DNA of 54,178 nt, filler included, from Theionarchaea archaeon (GCA_018992565.1; 4 parts of 4 records of this genome joined end to end with filler, not necessarily neighbours in it); one strand, 5' to 3'. Shown: positions 29,128-40,725, counted from the first letter of the whole stretch. The notes: generated from the letters alone by a model not told the origin. Made by a program: numbers and translations.

Positions 29128-29598
29128 CGGAGGGAGCCTTTTCAAGCATTCTGAACAGAATTTTACACTCTTGTAGTCAGTGTCAGATAGCGTGTTGGAG
29201 AAATGCATCACACATCGTGGATTTGAACAGTGACCAAGCGACAGGACATGACCGAGTTCATGGACAGCTTCTTTTACTGTCCGTTCTTCAAGACGAGCTC
29301 CCTGCAGCCTGGCTATGGAAATAATGGCATTGGGGCCAGGAGCATAGCCGAAGATGAAATTGAGGCCTTTGATGTAAAGATCAACACTGGTAATGAGCAG
29401 ATGGTGTCCCTCTTCGGTGTTCACCAGATCTAGGAATTGATGCACCAGATACTGATTTCTTAGAGGGTTGTACGCTTTGTCAGGGATTGAATGTTCTTTT
29501 GAAAGAAAACATGAGAAGCCCAGGGATTCCAGACGGGCCTTCACAGCTTCCAGAAGTGGTCTTCCAATGGTACCAACAGGCATCAGAGTCACATCCAT
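29113..29598 (-). CDS. amzA: Archaemetzincin zinc metalloprotease
   Basis: AYNPLRNQY, HELGHVLSLGHC-x3-CVMHFSN, FC-x2-C. Confidence 0.93.
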   Translation of the reverse strand: MDVTLMPVGTIGRPLLEAVKARLESLGFSCFLSKEHSIPDKAYNPLRNQYLVHQFLDLVNTEEGHHLLITSVDLYIKGLNFIFGYAPGPNAIISIARLQGARLEERTVKEAVHELGHVLSLGHCSNPRCVMHFSNTLSDTDYKSVKFCSECLKRLPPSFQE

Positions 29599-29922
29599 AG
29601 TCCCCTTTCATTTCAAAACATAAAGAGTCTTCTCCATGCGGTGGATAATAAGTATTGCTCTCACAAAATCCCGGTGTCAAAGGTTTTCTGCAACCTCTGG
29701 TGTTCTATTACCATCAAGAGTGGAAGTACCAGTTATCCACCGAGTTTTGAATAGCTTTCAGGTCACTATACGGTGGATAATTCACTGAGAAGGGAAAACA
29801 GACACTGTGCATCATTGGAATTTCCAACACACCCGCTCCGTATTGCGACAGTTCACCAACATTTCCTGCACCTCACAACCTTTTTATACCTCGACTATTC
29901 TTCCCACGTGCTGGGTTTTACT

Positions 29923-32109
29923 ATGGCAACTGATAGAATCTTCATCAAAGGTGCATCACAGCACAACTTGAAGAATATTGACCTAGAGATACCGCGAAAC
30001 AGCCTGGTGGTACTTACAGGTGTTTCAGGTTCTGGCAAGTCTTCTCTGGCTTTTGATACTATTTACGCTGAAGGGCAGAGGCGCTACGTAGAATCACTTT
30101 CTGCATATGCCCGTCAGTTTCTGGAACAGATGGACAAACCTGACGTGGAGTACATAGAAGGGTTATCTCCTGCTATCTCTATTGAACAGAAGGGAGTCAG
30201 TAAAAACCCCCGCTCCACAGTGGGAACAGTCACCGAGATTTATGACTACTTGCGATTGCTGTATGCCAGGATTGGCGTCCCTCACTGTCCTGAATGTGGA
30301 AAAGAGATCAGAAAACAGACCCCTCAGGAAATTGTGGACCAGGTGCTGGCATTCCAGGGGAAAGAAATCTCTGTACTATCCCCTATTGTGAGAGGGAGAA
30401 AAGGGATTTACAAGCGAGAGCTGGAAAACCTGCTAGCCCAAGGATTTACCAGAGCACGTGTTGACGGGACAATCAGGCACCTTGACGAAGAAGAAGTAGA
30501 CCTGGAGAAGTATAAGAAGCATGACATTGAGGTGGTGGTGGACACGCTTACCGTCTCTCCAGAGGAGAAAGAACGGATCGCTGACTCTGTGGAGATGGCT
30601 CTGGATCTCAGTGATGGGCTGGTCATCATATCGACACCTGAAGACCACATGTATTCAGAACACTTCTCCTGCCCTGACTGTGGAATTTCCTTTGAAGAAC
30701 TGGAGCCACGGATGTTCTCCTTTAACTCGCCCTTTGGGGCATGTCCTGAATGCCACGGACTGGGAGAGAGGATGCGCATTGATCCAGACAAAGTGCTGGA
30801 CACCAAACGATCCATACGAGGAGGTGCTATCAGGCCCTGGAAGTCCTCCAACCAGGACGGGTACTACATGTCAAAGCTGTCTCAGCTGGCAGCACACCTG
30901 AAAATCCCCATGGACAACCCCCTGAACGAGGTCCCCCAGAAGAAGCGGGATATAATATTATATGGCACTCGTGAACCTATCCACTATGTATTTGAAGGAG
31001 ACAGGTCCAGGTGGGAGTATACAGGAGGGTTTGAAGGAGTTATCACCAACCTCAAGAGACGGTACAGCCAGACCAAATCTGAATACATCAGATCAGAAAT
31101 TGAAACATTCATGAGCAGCATTGCGTGTCCTGTATGCAAGGGAAAACGGTTAAAGCCAGAGAGCCTGGCAGTAACCATTGCAGATAGATGCATCACAGAT
31201 GTTACAGAAATGTCTATAAAAGAAGCACAGAAGTTCTTTGATACACTTGAACTGTCAGAAAAGGAACAAATAATTGCAAAACAGATTTTGAAAGAGATTA
31301 AGGAACGCCTGGGATTCATGGTCTCAGTAGGGCTGGAGTATCTGACCCTGGACAGAAAAGCTGCCACCCTGTCAGGAGGAGAGGCCCAGAGAATCCGTCT
31401 GGCAACACAGATAGGATCATCGCTGGTGGGTGTCCTGTACATACTGGATGAGCCATCCATCGGCCTTCACCAGAGGGACAATGCCAGGTTGCTGGCCACC
31501 CTGCAGCAGTTGAGAGACCTGGGAAATACAGTCATTGTCATTGAGCATGATGAAGCTACCATGAGAGCTGCTGACCATATTGTTGATATGGGACCTGGAG
31601 CAGGACTGCATGGGGGGTATGTGGTGGCCCAGGGAACAGTATCAGATATCTGTCAGAACCCCCACTCATTAACAGGGAAGTACTTGAAAGGCGAACTGTC
31701 CATTGACGTGCCTGAGCAGAGGCTGGAATGGAACCGGTGTCTCACCATGAANNNNNNNNNNNNNNNNNNNNNNNNNNNNNNNNNNNNNNNNNNNNNNNNN
31801 NNNNNNNNNNNNNNNNNNNNNNNNNNNNNNNNNNNNNNNNNNNNNNNNNNNCTCAAGAAACTGGTGAAGCGAGGGAATACTATCCTGGTTATTGAGCACA
31901 ACCTGGATGTGATAAAGACGGCAGATTACATTATCGATCTGGGACCTGAGGGTGGAGAGGAGGGGGGCTATGTTGTGGCCAAAGGTACTCCCGAACAGGT
32001 TGCCCAGACAGATACCCACACAGGGAGATTTCTGAGGAAGGTGCTTCAGGAAGAGACTCGTAAAATTGAGAATTCAAGTCCAGAAAAAGCTGGCATCTCT
32101 GCATCCTAG
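29923..32109 (+). CDS. uvrA: Excinuclease ABC subunit A (internal gap)
   Basis: [53 protein letters not shown]; gap 31752-31851. Confidence 0.97.
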   Translation: MATDRIFIKGASQHNLKNIDLEIPRNSLVVLTGVSGSGKSSLAFDTIYAEGQRRYVESLSAYARQFLEQMDKPDVEYIEGLSPAISIEQKGVSKNPRSTVGTVTEIYDYLRLLYARIGVPHCPECGKEIRKQTPQEIVDQVLAFQGKEISVLSPIVRGRKGIYKRELENLLAQGFTRARVDGTIRHLDEEEVDLEKYKKHDIEVVVDTLTVSPEEKERIADSVEMALDLSDGLVIISTPEDHMYSEHFSCPDCGISFEELEPRMFSFNSPFGACPECHGLGERMRIDPDKVLDTKRSIRGGAIRPWKSSNQDGYYMSKLSQLAAHLKIPMDNPLNEVPQKKRDIILYGTREPIHYVFEGDRSRWEYTGGFEGVITNLKRRYSQTKSEYIRSEIETFMSSIACPVCKGKRLKPESLAVTIADRCITDVTEMSIKEAQKFFDTLELSEKEQIIAKQILKEIKERLGFMVSVGLEYLTLDRKAATLSGGEAQRIRLATQIGSSLVGVLYILDEPSIGLHQRDNARLLATLQQLRDLGNTVIVIEHDEATMRAADHIVDMGPGAGLHGGYVVAQGTVSDICQNPHSLTGKYLKGELSIDVPEQRLEWNRCLTMXXXXXXXXXXXXXXXXXXXXXXXXXXXXXXXXXXLKKLVKRGNTILVIEHNLDVIKTADYIIDLGPEGGEEGGYVVAKGTPEQVAQTDTHTGRFLRKVLQEETRKIENSSPEKAGISAS

Positions 32110-32301
32110 CTGTACGCAGAGAACACTTTTCTTCTCCTTCATTATTTCCTCTCACTGGAATACATTGAGTCACCTGAATGGGTTCCCGGGGAGTGACCTC
32201 TCTTAGTTATTTTTCCGCTGCTCTTGCGTAACCTCTTTATGGTATGTTCTGCTAAACATGAATGTGTTCGTAGCATACAGAAATGAACAGAGGTAATTCA
32301 A

Positions 32302-32580
32302 ATGGAAAAACAGGAAGAATTCATAAAAATGCTGGGTTCTAAGGCCACTCGGAGTATACTGCAGTTTCTGGACAGGGAGGAGAAAGCGAGATACAAGCAA
32401 TTTCAGGAGTTTGTGAACACACATACGCTGAATACTCGCCTCAAGGAACTCATGGATTACGACCTCATACAGCATCACATGGTCCGGGAAGACACCAGGA
32501 AAGAATGGTACGAACCAACGGAACGAGGCCGAAAAGCTCTCCAGTTGCTGAATGAACTGGCAGAAATGGTAGACTGTTAG
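32302..32580 (+). CDS. HxlR-type winged-helix regulator
   Basis: TLNTRLKELMDYDLI...WYEPTERGRK. Confidence 0.8.
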   Translation: MEKQEEFIKMLGSKATRSILQFLDREEKARYKQFQEFVNTHTLNTRLKELMDYDLIQHHMVREDTRKEWYEPTERGRKALQLLNELAEMVDC

Positions 32581-32876
32581 AGCCTTCCGGGACAGTTCTG
32601 TTCCGGTATGAATCCGCACGGTTCTACATGTCATCTGCCTGGCTCGCAGGGGCGAGAAAACACTCATTTTTTTCCGCTATTAACAGACCAGATTCACTTT
32701 TTCAGTAGTCGTCCATTTGCGAACTGAGAAATCACATTAAGATTAGAAAATCACTTCATACAAGAAAGAAATCAATTCTGCAGCTTTTATCTTATCCCTT
32801 GTCCATATTCTTGGCTATGAGGATACAGTAATGGTCAACCAAAAAAGTTAATAAGCATTTGAAGCATATAGAAATC

Positions 32877-33338
32877 ATGAAGAGAATAGCACTTGTGATC
32901 TTGATGTTGATGGTACCGGTTTTTGGGTTGACACAACAGGTGCGTGGAATTCTGCCTGAGGAAGGAAGTGAGAATGTTGTGATATTGCGGGTTCAGTATA
33001 CTGCTACAACGCTGGATGATGAGTATGTTGTCATTTACAACAAAGGAAAGATACCTGTTGATTTGTCAGGATGGATATTATTTGATAGTTACTATGAAAC
33101 TTATAGACATCTCACGCCTCTGGAACGCATGGCGAACAACCCTCTTCCGCATATGTATAGAATACCCTATGGAACGCTCTTGAAATCTCACTCCTGGATA
33201 AGGATCTGTTCGGGATATGGAAGGAACAATGAAGACTACTTATATCGAAACCTCACAACGCAGTGGCTGAATGATGAAGGGGACACTCTGTACTTGATGG
33301 ATGATTTCGGCAATTTGATCAGCGAGTTTAGCTGGTAG
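32877..33338 (+). CDS. Secreted lamin-tail-domain (LTD) protein
   Basis: Signal peptide; EYVVIYNKG-x3-DLSGW, WLNDEGDTLYLMD. Confidence 0.85.
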   Translation: MKRIALVILMLMVPVFGLTQQVRGILPEEGSENVVILRVQYTATTLDDEYVVIYNKGKIPVDLSGWILFDSYYETYRHLTPLERMANNPLPHMYRIPYGTLLKSHSWIRICSGYGRNNEDYLYRNLTTQWLNDEGDTLYLMDDFGNLISEFSW

Positions 33339-33794
33339 ACAAAAAGAAAAAAAAGAGGGATTGGATCGATCTCTCTTCTAAAAACCTTCTTCTTTCTCTT
33401 TCCCGTATCCCCACTTTAATCTGAAGATCCTTTCTTATAAATATTTGGGAGCTCTTGCATTTTTTTGTGAAATTCGTAGATTATGTGCCATATCCTGACT
33501 ACTTGCAAGGCAATGGCGTGGGTTCCGCCAGGAAATATGGGGGAGCACACGGTGAGAACCCCGTTGATGTATTGCTAGAATCAGGACTGACGCTGAGGCC
33601 TCTGGGGCAGAAAACTCTTGGAGAAATCCTGGCCTGTGGCAGAATGTCTGAAACTGAGACGTCACTATACTCTGTAGGGTTTTAGAATAGCACGCTGCAA
33701 TCCTCTTATATGATCTCTCAACCAACAGCAGCATTCTGGCAATCTGATTATACAAGAATCCTACATGACGACCGGAACTGCACAACAGAATGTA

Positions 33795-33867
33795 CGCCGC
33801 CGCCAGGACTTGAACCTGGAACCATCCGCTTAACAGGCGGGCGCTCTGCCAATTGAGCTACGGCGGC
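33795..33867 (-). tRNA. tRNA-Asn (GTT)
   Basis: Cloverleaf GCCGCCG...CGGCGGC-G, anticodon loop CT-GTT-AA, GGTTCAAGTCC T-arm; TTATAAA about 29 nt upstream. Confidence 0.97.
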
Positions 33868-34433
33868 CGTGAGAATCTCGGACCATCAGTTTATAAGCCT
33901 TCTCATTCCAGTTGCTCCAGCAAGTTCTCAATACAAGAGAGAGCCTCAGAAGCTCCTGTCAAGTATAGTGAGGCTCACAGAGCTTGCACATAAAAGCTTT
34001 TCGGTCATAGCCTTCTTTTGGAATACTCCTGCATTCTCACGTTAGTACCAAATTCCTGTACTTCGCAAATTCAACAACGCTATTCATCTTTCATTTAAAA
34101 GTATTATAGTAAAAAAGTTAGACTATTGTCAATTCCAGTTAAATGATTATATGTACCAACTTCTTTCTAAATTTTCACATGATCCATAGCCTTTTCACAA
34201 AGATGTTGGCAAGCCGACAGTAAAGGAGATGCCAATGTTGCCGGAGTAACAAGATTTCATGATGAAAGTCTGAATCTCGATTTCCCTTGCATGAGGGCTC
34301 TCACTCCAGTCGGGGAGACATGAAGTGGGTCTTTCCGGCCTCGTTGCCTGACTGACCTCCTTGGTTCTCTCTGAGAGAAGTAACGTCAAACCTGGGGCGG
34401 TTTCATCCGGGCATATGAGTTCTGACATTACAG

Positions 34434-34877
34434 CTAGTCTCCAGTGGAGCTGCAAATCTCAATGCATTCTCTTTCAATTTTTATCCAGTCTCCAGTGCTG
34501 ACACAGGACAGGATGTCAGGGCACTCCACAATCGGTGGTAGTCTCCTCTCTTCCAGCCACATCTCGGCCAGGACTGCCCCTGAAACCAACAGGGTATCTA
34601 CTTCTGCAGTCACAATCCCTCTGGGCGCAATCCCCTTACGGATAGCCTCCAGGAGAAAGACTCCCCCTCCTGTGCTCCCTGAACAGCATGGCATCACCAG
34701 GATAGCGGTTCTCAGGTCTTCCCCATAGAGTTCATGCCTATTATCTGATATTCTCCCTGTTTTCCAGGGGAGAGCAAGGTTTCGACTGTAGGCTGCCAGA
34801 AAATTCACAGGCTGCTCAGTGACGACTGCAATCCCTTCGGCCTTCCCCACAAGCACTTCTTTTCCCTCAACCTTCAT
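34434..34877 (-). CDS. Aconitase X swiveling (small) subunit, DUF126
   Basis: GKAEG, HELYGEDL, GSTGG, APRGIV. Confidence 0.85.
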   Translation of the reverse strand: MKVEGKEVLVGKAEGIAVVTEQPVNFLAAYSRNLALPWKTGRISDNRHELYGEDLRTAILVMPCCSGSTGGGVFLLEAIRKGIAPRGIVTAEVDTLLVSGAVLAEMWLEERRLPPIVECPDILSCVSTGDWIKIERECIEICSSTGD

Positions 34878-36060
34878 GGTTAACCCCTCCTGTTGCCTCT
34901 TCCAAACACCTATTCAAAGATGCGTAGTACACCGGTGCATAATACCTCATCTTTCCTGAATTAGTGACAATCTCCCATTTCCTCAAACGAGGGGTCTCAA
35001 ACAGAGCAAGAGGACACAATGATACCAAAGTGGCACCCGTTCTCTGAAAAGACGCACCATATTCACTGTCCACAAACTCCTGCATGACATGCTTGCTGGT
35101 ATTCACCCACAGGTTCACACCTCTTCGCACTGTGGCGCCTTCAAGAAGAGTTGAAATGTGGACGAGCTCGCTGTACGAAAGATGAGGACATCCAATAAAG
35201 ACCATATCAGCCCGGTTCAGTCCCGCGCTCAGCTCTTCTTTCTGTTTAGAAAGTATCTCGTCTGTGATGACAACTGTCTCTGCATCATCACGGAGCATGT
35301 CCTCACCAAGAGCTCTGGCTTCTGGAGTGATCCCGTCAACATGGTACAGTCCCACGCCACCTGAGGCTGCCATGGCTGCCCCCATGTTTTTGAACTCATC
35401 ATCACTCCCGTGCAAACCCCGAATAAAAGGAATCTTATTCTGGATAACCTTTCCGATGACATAGCCGAGTACAGCATACGCTTCTTTTTCAATCTCAGCC
35501 TCGACAACAACCTCAACTGTTCCCTTCCTGTTCTCATCCAGCAGCAAACCAGTAGAGGGAGTAACGCCCAGGACTGCGCTGATCAAATCAATGATCCCGG
35601 AATTACGATTGGTCTTTGCACCGAGAACTGCATTTGCATAAATGACTGCACTGGATTCTGCCCATGCTATAACATCTCCTTTCCGTGGGACATTTCCACA
35701 CAGATAGGGCGTGCAAGAATAGGTTTCTATTCCTCCCAGTTCTCTGAAGTGCTCCCTGAATGTCTTGTCCTTCTTCAGAATATATCTCTGGATCACTCCT
35801 GGATTGTCCGTGGTGAAGTGAGGGTTGACAGTGGTGGGTACAGCAAACTGGATTCTCTCTCTCGTGAGGTGGCTAACGATGTCAAGATATGTCTTGAATA
35901 GAATTGACCCACAGCTCATGACAAGATGGGCACTCTGTATGGGAACCAAGGTCTCTGCTTGATAAAACTGACCATACCGTACAAGAGTCTCCATACATTT
36001 TTGCAATGTCTTTCCTTTTCGGCCTGCCAGAATGGCTTCGTGTTCAGAAGAAAGGTTCAT
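34867..36060 (-). CDS. Aconitase X catalytic (large) subunit, DUF521
   Basis: SCTPY, AWAESSAVIYANAVLGAKTNR, GAAMAASG, IGCPH, TNSGKMRYY. Confidence 0.9.
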   Translation of the reverse strand: MNLSSEHEAILAGRKGKTLQKCMETLVRYGQFYQAETLVPIQSAHLVMSCGSILFKTYLDIVSHLTRERIQFAVPTTVNPHFTTDNPGVIQRYILKKDKTFREHFRELGGIETYSCTPYLCGNVPRKGDVIAWAESSAVIYANAVLGAKTNRNSGIIDLISAVLGVTPSTGLLLDENRKGTVEVVVEAEIEKEAYAVLGYVIGKVIQNKIPFIRGLHGSDDEFKNMGAAMAASGGVGLYHVDGITPEARALGEDMLRDDAETVVITDEILSKQKEELSAGLNRADMVFIGCPHLSYSELVHISTLLEGATVRRGVNLWVNTSKHVMQEFVDSEYGASFQRTGATLVSLCPLALFETPRLRKWEIVTNSGKMRYYAPVYYASLNRCLEEATGGVNHEG

Positions 36061-36236
36061 GAGGTCACCTGCTGGTCTTGGTATCTCACGTTGGCTTTGA
36101 TGTCCATCCCGTAATCCTATAAAAATGTTTCCATATTACATCAGGTTCTCTTCGCAATTTTAAAACCTAATCTGCATTTATTTTCATAGGTTTTAACTCA
36201 ATGAACATGGCAAGAAAGGACTAAAAAAACGACAAC

Positions 36237-37151
36237 TCACTTCTGCAGATTGTCTCTAACACCTGCCACAATGAGAGGAAATGCAATAGTAGCATCACAG
36301 TAGCAGGTGCACAATCGGGAATTTTTCGACACTTTTCCCCAGGAAATCGCTTCTTCCAGAGTTGCTCCTGACAATCCACCATATTCAGGCCTGTCAGTAG
36401 TAATCTGAAGAGCATATTCAAATGTACGGGGAGAGAGCAGCATAGCCTGAAAAATGAAATTCTTGGGGACTCCTCCCCCTAGAAAAATGGCGCCTGCTTT
36501 ATGTCCAGCGCTGGTTAATTCCACCATTTTACCAATATCTCTGACATGATCAACTGTCAGGGAATGTTCCTGTGCATACAGGAAGGTATGCAGCCCCAGA
36601 ATGCTGTCAGTGAACGCAGGAACAAAAACAGGGACCTTCTCCAAGAAGGCCTGTCTGATGAAGGAATACGGCGATTCAAGATGTCTGCCAATCTCCCGCA
36701 TCAGGTCACTCACAGATACATCCCCCTCTACAGTGTGGAAGACCTCTTTGATCTTGTTCTCAAAGAGGACAAAAGATTCGTCCTCAATATAAGCATCATA
36801 GATCCTGTCTAGACCTTTCTCCCGCAGCTGAGAATCATTCTCTACTATACCTTTGAAGTGAGAGCCTCCAAAGGCCTCTATGAGATCATGAGTGACATTG
36901 GCTCCTGTAGAGACTACCACATGGACCATGCCGTCACGTATCAGATCGGCGACCATCTTACCCAGCCCAGCAGGGACTAAAGCCCCTGCCAGTCCCAGGA
37001 AGACGGTACAGCCCCCGGTGAGCATCTCAGTGTAGAGTCCAGCAGCCTCTGCAATGGTACCTGATCCGAAAGCGCCTTTCCCATACTCTCTTATGAGATC
37101 AGCTGCTGTCATGCCTTTCTTGATGTCCAGGGGATGTATTTTCTTAGACAT
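36237..37151 (-). CDS. dys: Deoxyhypusine synthase
   Basis: STGANVTHD, GGGVPKN, YGGLSGATLEEAISWGK with catalytic Lys, DATIAFP. Confidence 0.93.
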   Translation of the reverse strand: MSKKIHPLDIKKGMTAADLIREYGKGAFGSGTIAEAAGLYTEMLTGGCTVFLGLAGALVPAGLGKMVADLIRDGMVHVVVSTGANVTHDLIEAFGGSHFKGIVENDSQLREKGLDRIYDAYIEDESFVLFENKIKEVFHTVEGDVSVSDLMREIGRHLESPYSFIRQAFLEKVPVFVPAFTDSILGLHTFLYAQEHSLTVDHVRDIGKMVELTSAGHKAGAIFLGGGVPKNFIFQAMLLSPRTFEYALQITTDRPEYGGLSGATLEEAISWGKVSKNSRLCTCYCDATIAFPLIVAGVRDNLQK

Positions 37152-37962
37152 GAGCTTTCCTCCAGAAGGCAAGCATCTTGTACAATACGTGAGCCGCTGT
37201 TATGGCAGTCCTGTCTGCATACCGGGAACACACCTCACAGATATCAATACTGGTGATAGTATTTCGGGTGATGACCTTTTCGATAATGGAAAAGGCAGTG
37301 TCCAGAGATATCCCGCGAGGGACAGGGTTGGAGACATGAGGTGCTATACCTGGGTCCAGGACATCCATGTCAAAAGACAGGTGGACCCTCTTACCTTCAG
37401 GGTACGAGGCATTCTTGAGGTGCCAGGGCTGGTACGCGGGAATGGTCTTCTCTCTCAAGAATGAGAATTCCTCGCGTGAACACTCTCTGTATCCATATAT
37501 TGAGACGTCACAGAGTTCCAGCAGCCGCCTGGACGTACAGGCATGGGAGAGTGGTTCTCCCAGAAACTCATCTCTCAGATCCAGATGTGCATCCAGTACA
37601 ACTGCAACTTCTGGACGCGATACTGACACCAGTGGATACGCAATGGTGTGCTCTCCTCCAAGTGCAATAAAGGGTTGCTGAAGGTCGGCGCCCGCTTTTC
37701 TGATTATCTTGTGAGTGAGACGGGGATCTCCAAATGAGCAATTAATGTTCCCCACGTCTCTCACCCGAATGTCAGTGAGGTCAAGTTCCAGATCACAGTC
37801 AAAGACTTCCAGTTGACGGGATGCCTCCCTGATTGCATCGGGTCCGAACCGGGCACCTGCATTACCACAACAGGTAGAGTCATAAGGTACACCACATAGA
37901 ATCCAGTCAGGTTCTTCTTCACAATGGAGTGCAAGGTTCCCGGGTGAAGAGAAGAAGATCAT
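37144..37962 (-). CDS. speB: Agmatinase (ureohydrolase family)
   Basis: [36 protein letters not shown]. Confidence 0.88.
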   Translation of the reverse strand: MIFFSSPGNLALHCEEEPDWILCGVPYDSTCCGNAGARFGPDAIREASRQLEVFDCDLELDLTDIRVRDVGNINCSFGDPRLTHKIIRKAGADLQQPFIALGGEHTIAYPLVSVSRPEVAVVLDAHLDLRDEFLGEPLSHACTSRRLLELCDVSIYGYRECSREEFSFLREKTIPAYQPWHLKNASYPEGKRVHLSFDMDVLDPGIAPHVSNPVPRGISLDTAFSIIEKVITRNTITSIDICEVCSRYADRTAITAAHVLYKMLAFWRKAHV

Positions 37963-38369
37963 GAGCCTTTTCCTTTTACCCTGACAATTTTGTACCGTCC
38001 CAGCGTCTCCAGATATTCTACTTCAACACTCTCATTCAGGTCACCTTCGACTTCTCCAGGGCTGGGCAGAGGAACCTCAAAGGTTTCGTACGATTCCATG
38101 TCCATGAGCTGCACTCTGTCGCCCATGATGGCTGTAACCATGCCATTCCTCTTGTCGATGATAGGTGCATCAATTTTGTCTCCGGTAGGCTTTATGATGC
38201 TCCTCTTCTTGTCATCGAAGATTCCAATTGCCTCGATTCTGGCCTTTGCTGACCCGTGCTTTCCTGGGGATGATGTGGTAATATCTGAGATCTTGCAGGG
38301 TTCTTCCTCTACGATGATGTAGCGTCCCTTTTTGAGCGTCCTTACTTCTACAACAGTTTTTCCTCCCAT
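37959..38369 (-). CDS. eif5a: Translation factor aIF5A
   Basis: [12 protein letters not shown] hypusine motif; start ATG 38369 after AGGTG. Confidence 0.96.
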   Translation of the reverse strand: MGGKTVVEVRTLKKGRYIIVEEEPCKISDITTSSPGKHGSAKARIEAIGIFDDKKRSIIKPTGDKIDAPIIDKRNGMVTAIMGDRVQLMDMESYETFEVPLPSPGEVEGDLNESVEVEYLETLGRYKIVRVKGKGS

Positions 38370-38491
38370 TGAAACACCTGTGATAACTATCNNNNNNNNN
38401 NNNNNNNNNNNNNNNNNNNNNNNNNNNNNNNNNNNNNNNNNNNNNNNNNNNNNNNNNNNNNNNNNNNNNNNNNNNNNNNNNNNNNNNNNNN

Positions 38492-39693
38492 ACACCTATG
38501 TCGTAGAAGTGAGAACCCATCTTTTCCAGGATATGAGAGGGATCGTTGATGAAGAACGGTCTGGGAAGAGGTGGAACCTCCTCCATTCCAGGGACAGCTG
38601 CAGGGCCTGGATTGCCGCCAGTGTGAGAGTACATGTGCTCCATGCGTGGGGCAAGCTCTGCACCTATATCAAGGTGGTTCAATGCCACATCATCCCTGGG
38701 AGTTCCTCCAGCGTGCATGAAATCCCCCGCACCGTACGCCCCAGTAATTAACAGGAACACAAGAATCCAAAAGGAGACTAAGTAAAGCCACATATTGCTC
38801 TTTCTGGACTCAGATAAGAGCACATCTGTTCTCGATGCAAAATCGGACTTAATTAATGGGGTTGAAGTAATTGAGAGAATTGACCTCTTCTTCTCAATGT
38901 GCAGTTCACCCAATCGAACCACTGCGTACAAGAAGAGGACTTTCTCTTTTTTTATTTCAGATACTCTGTCTGCGAGAAATTCTCTTTCTCGTGTTATCTT
39001 TCTGCTTAAAATATGTATCACAGGATTCATGAACAGAAAAATCCGTAGAGAAACCAAGAGCGGTTTCAAAATGTTATCATGGTTCTTTATGTGATTCATC
39101 TCATGCCTCAAGATCAGTGCAAGCTCCTGGTCACTTGTGTTTCTCAGGAGATCTTTCCCCACAGCCAACCCTGCTGGAACCCCAACCACAAAGGCATTAA
39201 CGCCTTCAACAAGAAATACCTCGGGGATCTTCATATTCATGCTGCAACACACTGTTTCGAGGATATGTGTGAGCCTGGCATTTACACATGTCTCAGCAGA
39301 GAATTGCCTCTTGATGTAGTATTTGGACAGGAAGAGTGTAGTCACCAGGAAGAGCAAAGACACCATCAGGAGAACCGTCATCAAGAATCGAAAATCCAAG
39401 ATGGCTGTATCTCCAAACCAGTGAGAACTCCCTGCCCTTAACGTGATCTCCAGTTCTCTGAGGATATTTGGGACATATAAGAGGAGACGGTCCCCTCGTG
39501 CTTGAACATTAAAGAGAAACGGAGCATACAGAATGCTAAAAAAGCACGAGATAAGTACCACCATATACAGGCGAGATTTCTGTGAGCTGCATCGTATCTG
39601 TGTCAACCTGATTATAGATTCCACCAGGAGAAGCCCCAGTATAGAAATGGCCACACCTACAGAGAATCTCTCCAGGAAGACTACATCAATCAC
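38492..39693 (-). CDS. BlaR1/MecR1-like M56 membrane metallopeptidase (3' end in gap)
   Basis: TM helices, HEMNHIKNHD, FMNP, REREFLAD. Confidence 0.88.
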
Positions 39694-40066
39694 GCTTCAT
39701 CTCCTCTTCTAACCGCTTCTTGAGCTCCCGTATTTCTGCTTCTTCTTCATCAAGTGTTTCTGACAGGTAGTTGACAGTTGCATGCTCGAATTTTTCGAAA
39801 AGACTGAACAGGATTTCTTTCACTCTCTTTTCTTCGAACTCCTTTCTTGACCTGGCAGGAGAATAAACATATTTGAACCCACCCCTTGACCTGATTTTTT
39901 CTCTCTCCAGCAGTCCTTTTTGGAAAAGTCGCACCAGTGTTGTATTGATGGTGGAATATGTAGTTTTTCGTTTTTTTCTTACTGCCTCATAGACTTCGCG
40001 GGCATCCGCTTTTCCTCCTGTCCACAGCATCTCCATGAGTTCTCGTTCAAGATACCCAATCTCCAT
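39686..40066 (-). CDS. BlaI/MecI/CopY-family repressor
   Basis: LERELMEMLW, YSTINTTLVRLFQKGLLER, YVYSP; likely leaderless ATG 40066. Confidence 0.92.
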   Translation of the reverse strand: MEIGYLERELMEMLWTGGKADAREVYEAVRKKRKTTYSTINTTLVRLFQKGLLEREKIRSRGGFKYVYSPARSRKEFEEKRVKEILFSLFEKFEHATVNYLSETLDEEEAEIRELKKRLEEEMKRD

Positions 40067-40100
40067 GCTGCTGAACCAGCCTTTCACTATTTAAATCTTG

Positions 40101-40123
40101 TGGTACTATCCAAAATAATACCA
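40101..40123. promoter_or_regulatory. Putative BlaI-like operator 1
   Basis: TGGTACTAT-N5-ATAATACCA inverted repeat adjoining the repressor TATA box. Confidence 0.5.
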
Positions 40124-40725
40124 TTCAGGTTAAAGACATACTGATTGCAGCGTAGACAACTGCACTGCAGGGTTCTGAGGCACCTTCAGCCACTATATTC
40201 TCAAAGTATACTGCATGCAAGTGTATGGAGACTGGAGCACTGACAGGATTGACTGAATATATAGAACCCAGCCAGCATGGTAATTCATTCACGGGCAGGG
40301 GACTTCCAAATGGTAGTAGTAGCATCAACGAGAACTGCTCCTTCACATACCAGGCAGGAAAAGCGCAAAGCGTACAGTGAATCTCCATACAGTCTCTCAG
40401 AGGGGAGTACTGCAGGGGGCCAAAGTATATAAAGAGAGAGAGGTCTATTCATCTGAATATGAACTGGAGAGCCAGGCTATTACTACCAGATGAGAAAAAG
40501 CAGATTACTCAGAATGGAACAAGAGAGCCTCGCTCACGTGGTTCGTTACTGAGGATTATGCTCAAAGGTACTGTGGTGTGTCTCTTCCCCTACCTGATGC
40601 ACACCAGTGTCCAAGAACAGGTGGAAATGCTGTTCTCGATCCTGATAAGAGGAAGAGAATGGATCGATACGTCGAAGCACAGTCCATCCTGGTCATGTAC
40701 ACTTGTACACCACAAGGTTTTTAAA

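Noticed and set aside
29773..32109. Apparently shortened UvrA
   Set aside because: The missing second ATPase segment coincides with gap 31752-31851; the first 50 codons precede the real start.
5083..33338. Roadblock, V4R and lamin-tail proteins as Asgard-type eukaryotic signatures
   Set aside because: All three families are widespread in ordinary archaea and bacteria; no actin, ESCRT or small GTPase genes accompany them.
32580..33794. Possible integrated element at the tRNA-Asn 3' end
   Set aside because: No integrase and no duplicated tRNA 3' end (att site) seen.
38212..39693. Apparent BlaR1 extension overlapping aIF5A
   Set aside because: Read-through of a 100-N gap into an off-frame translation of aIF5A.
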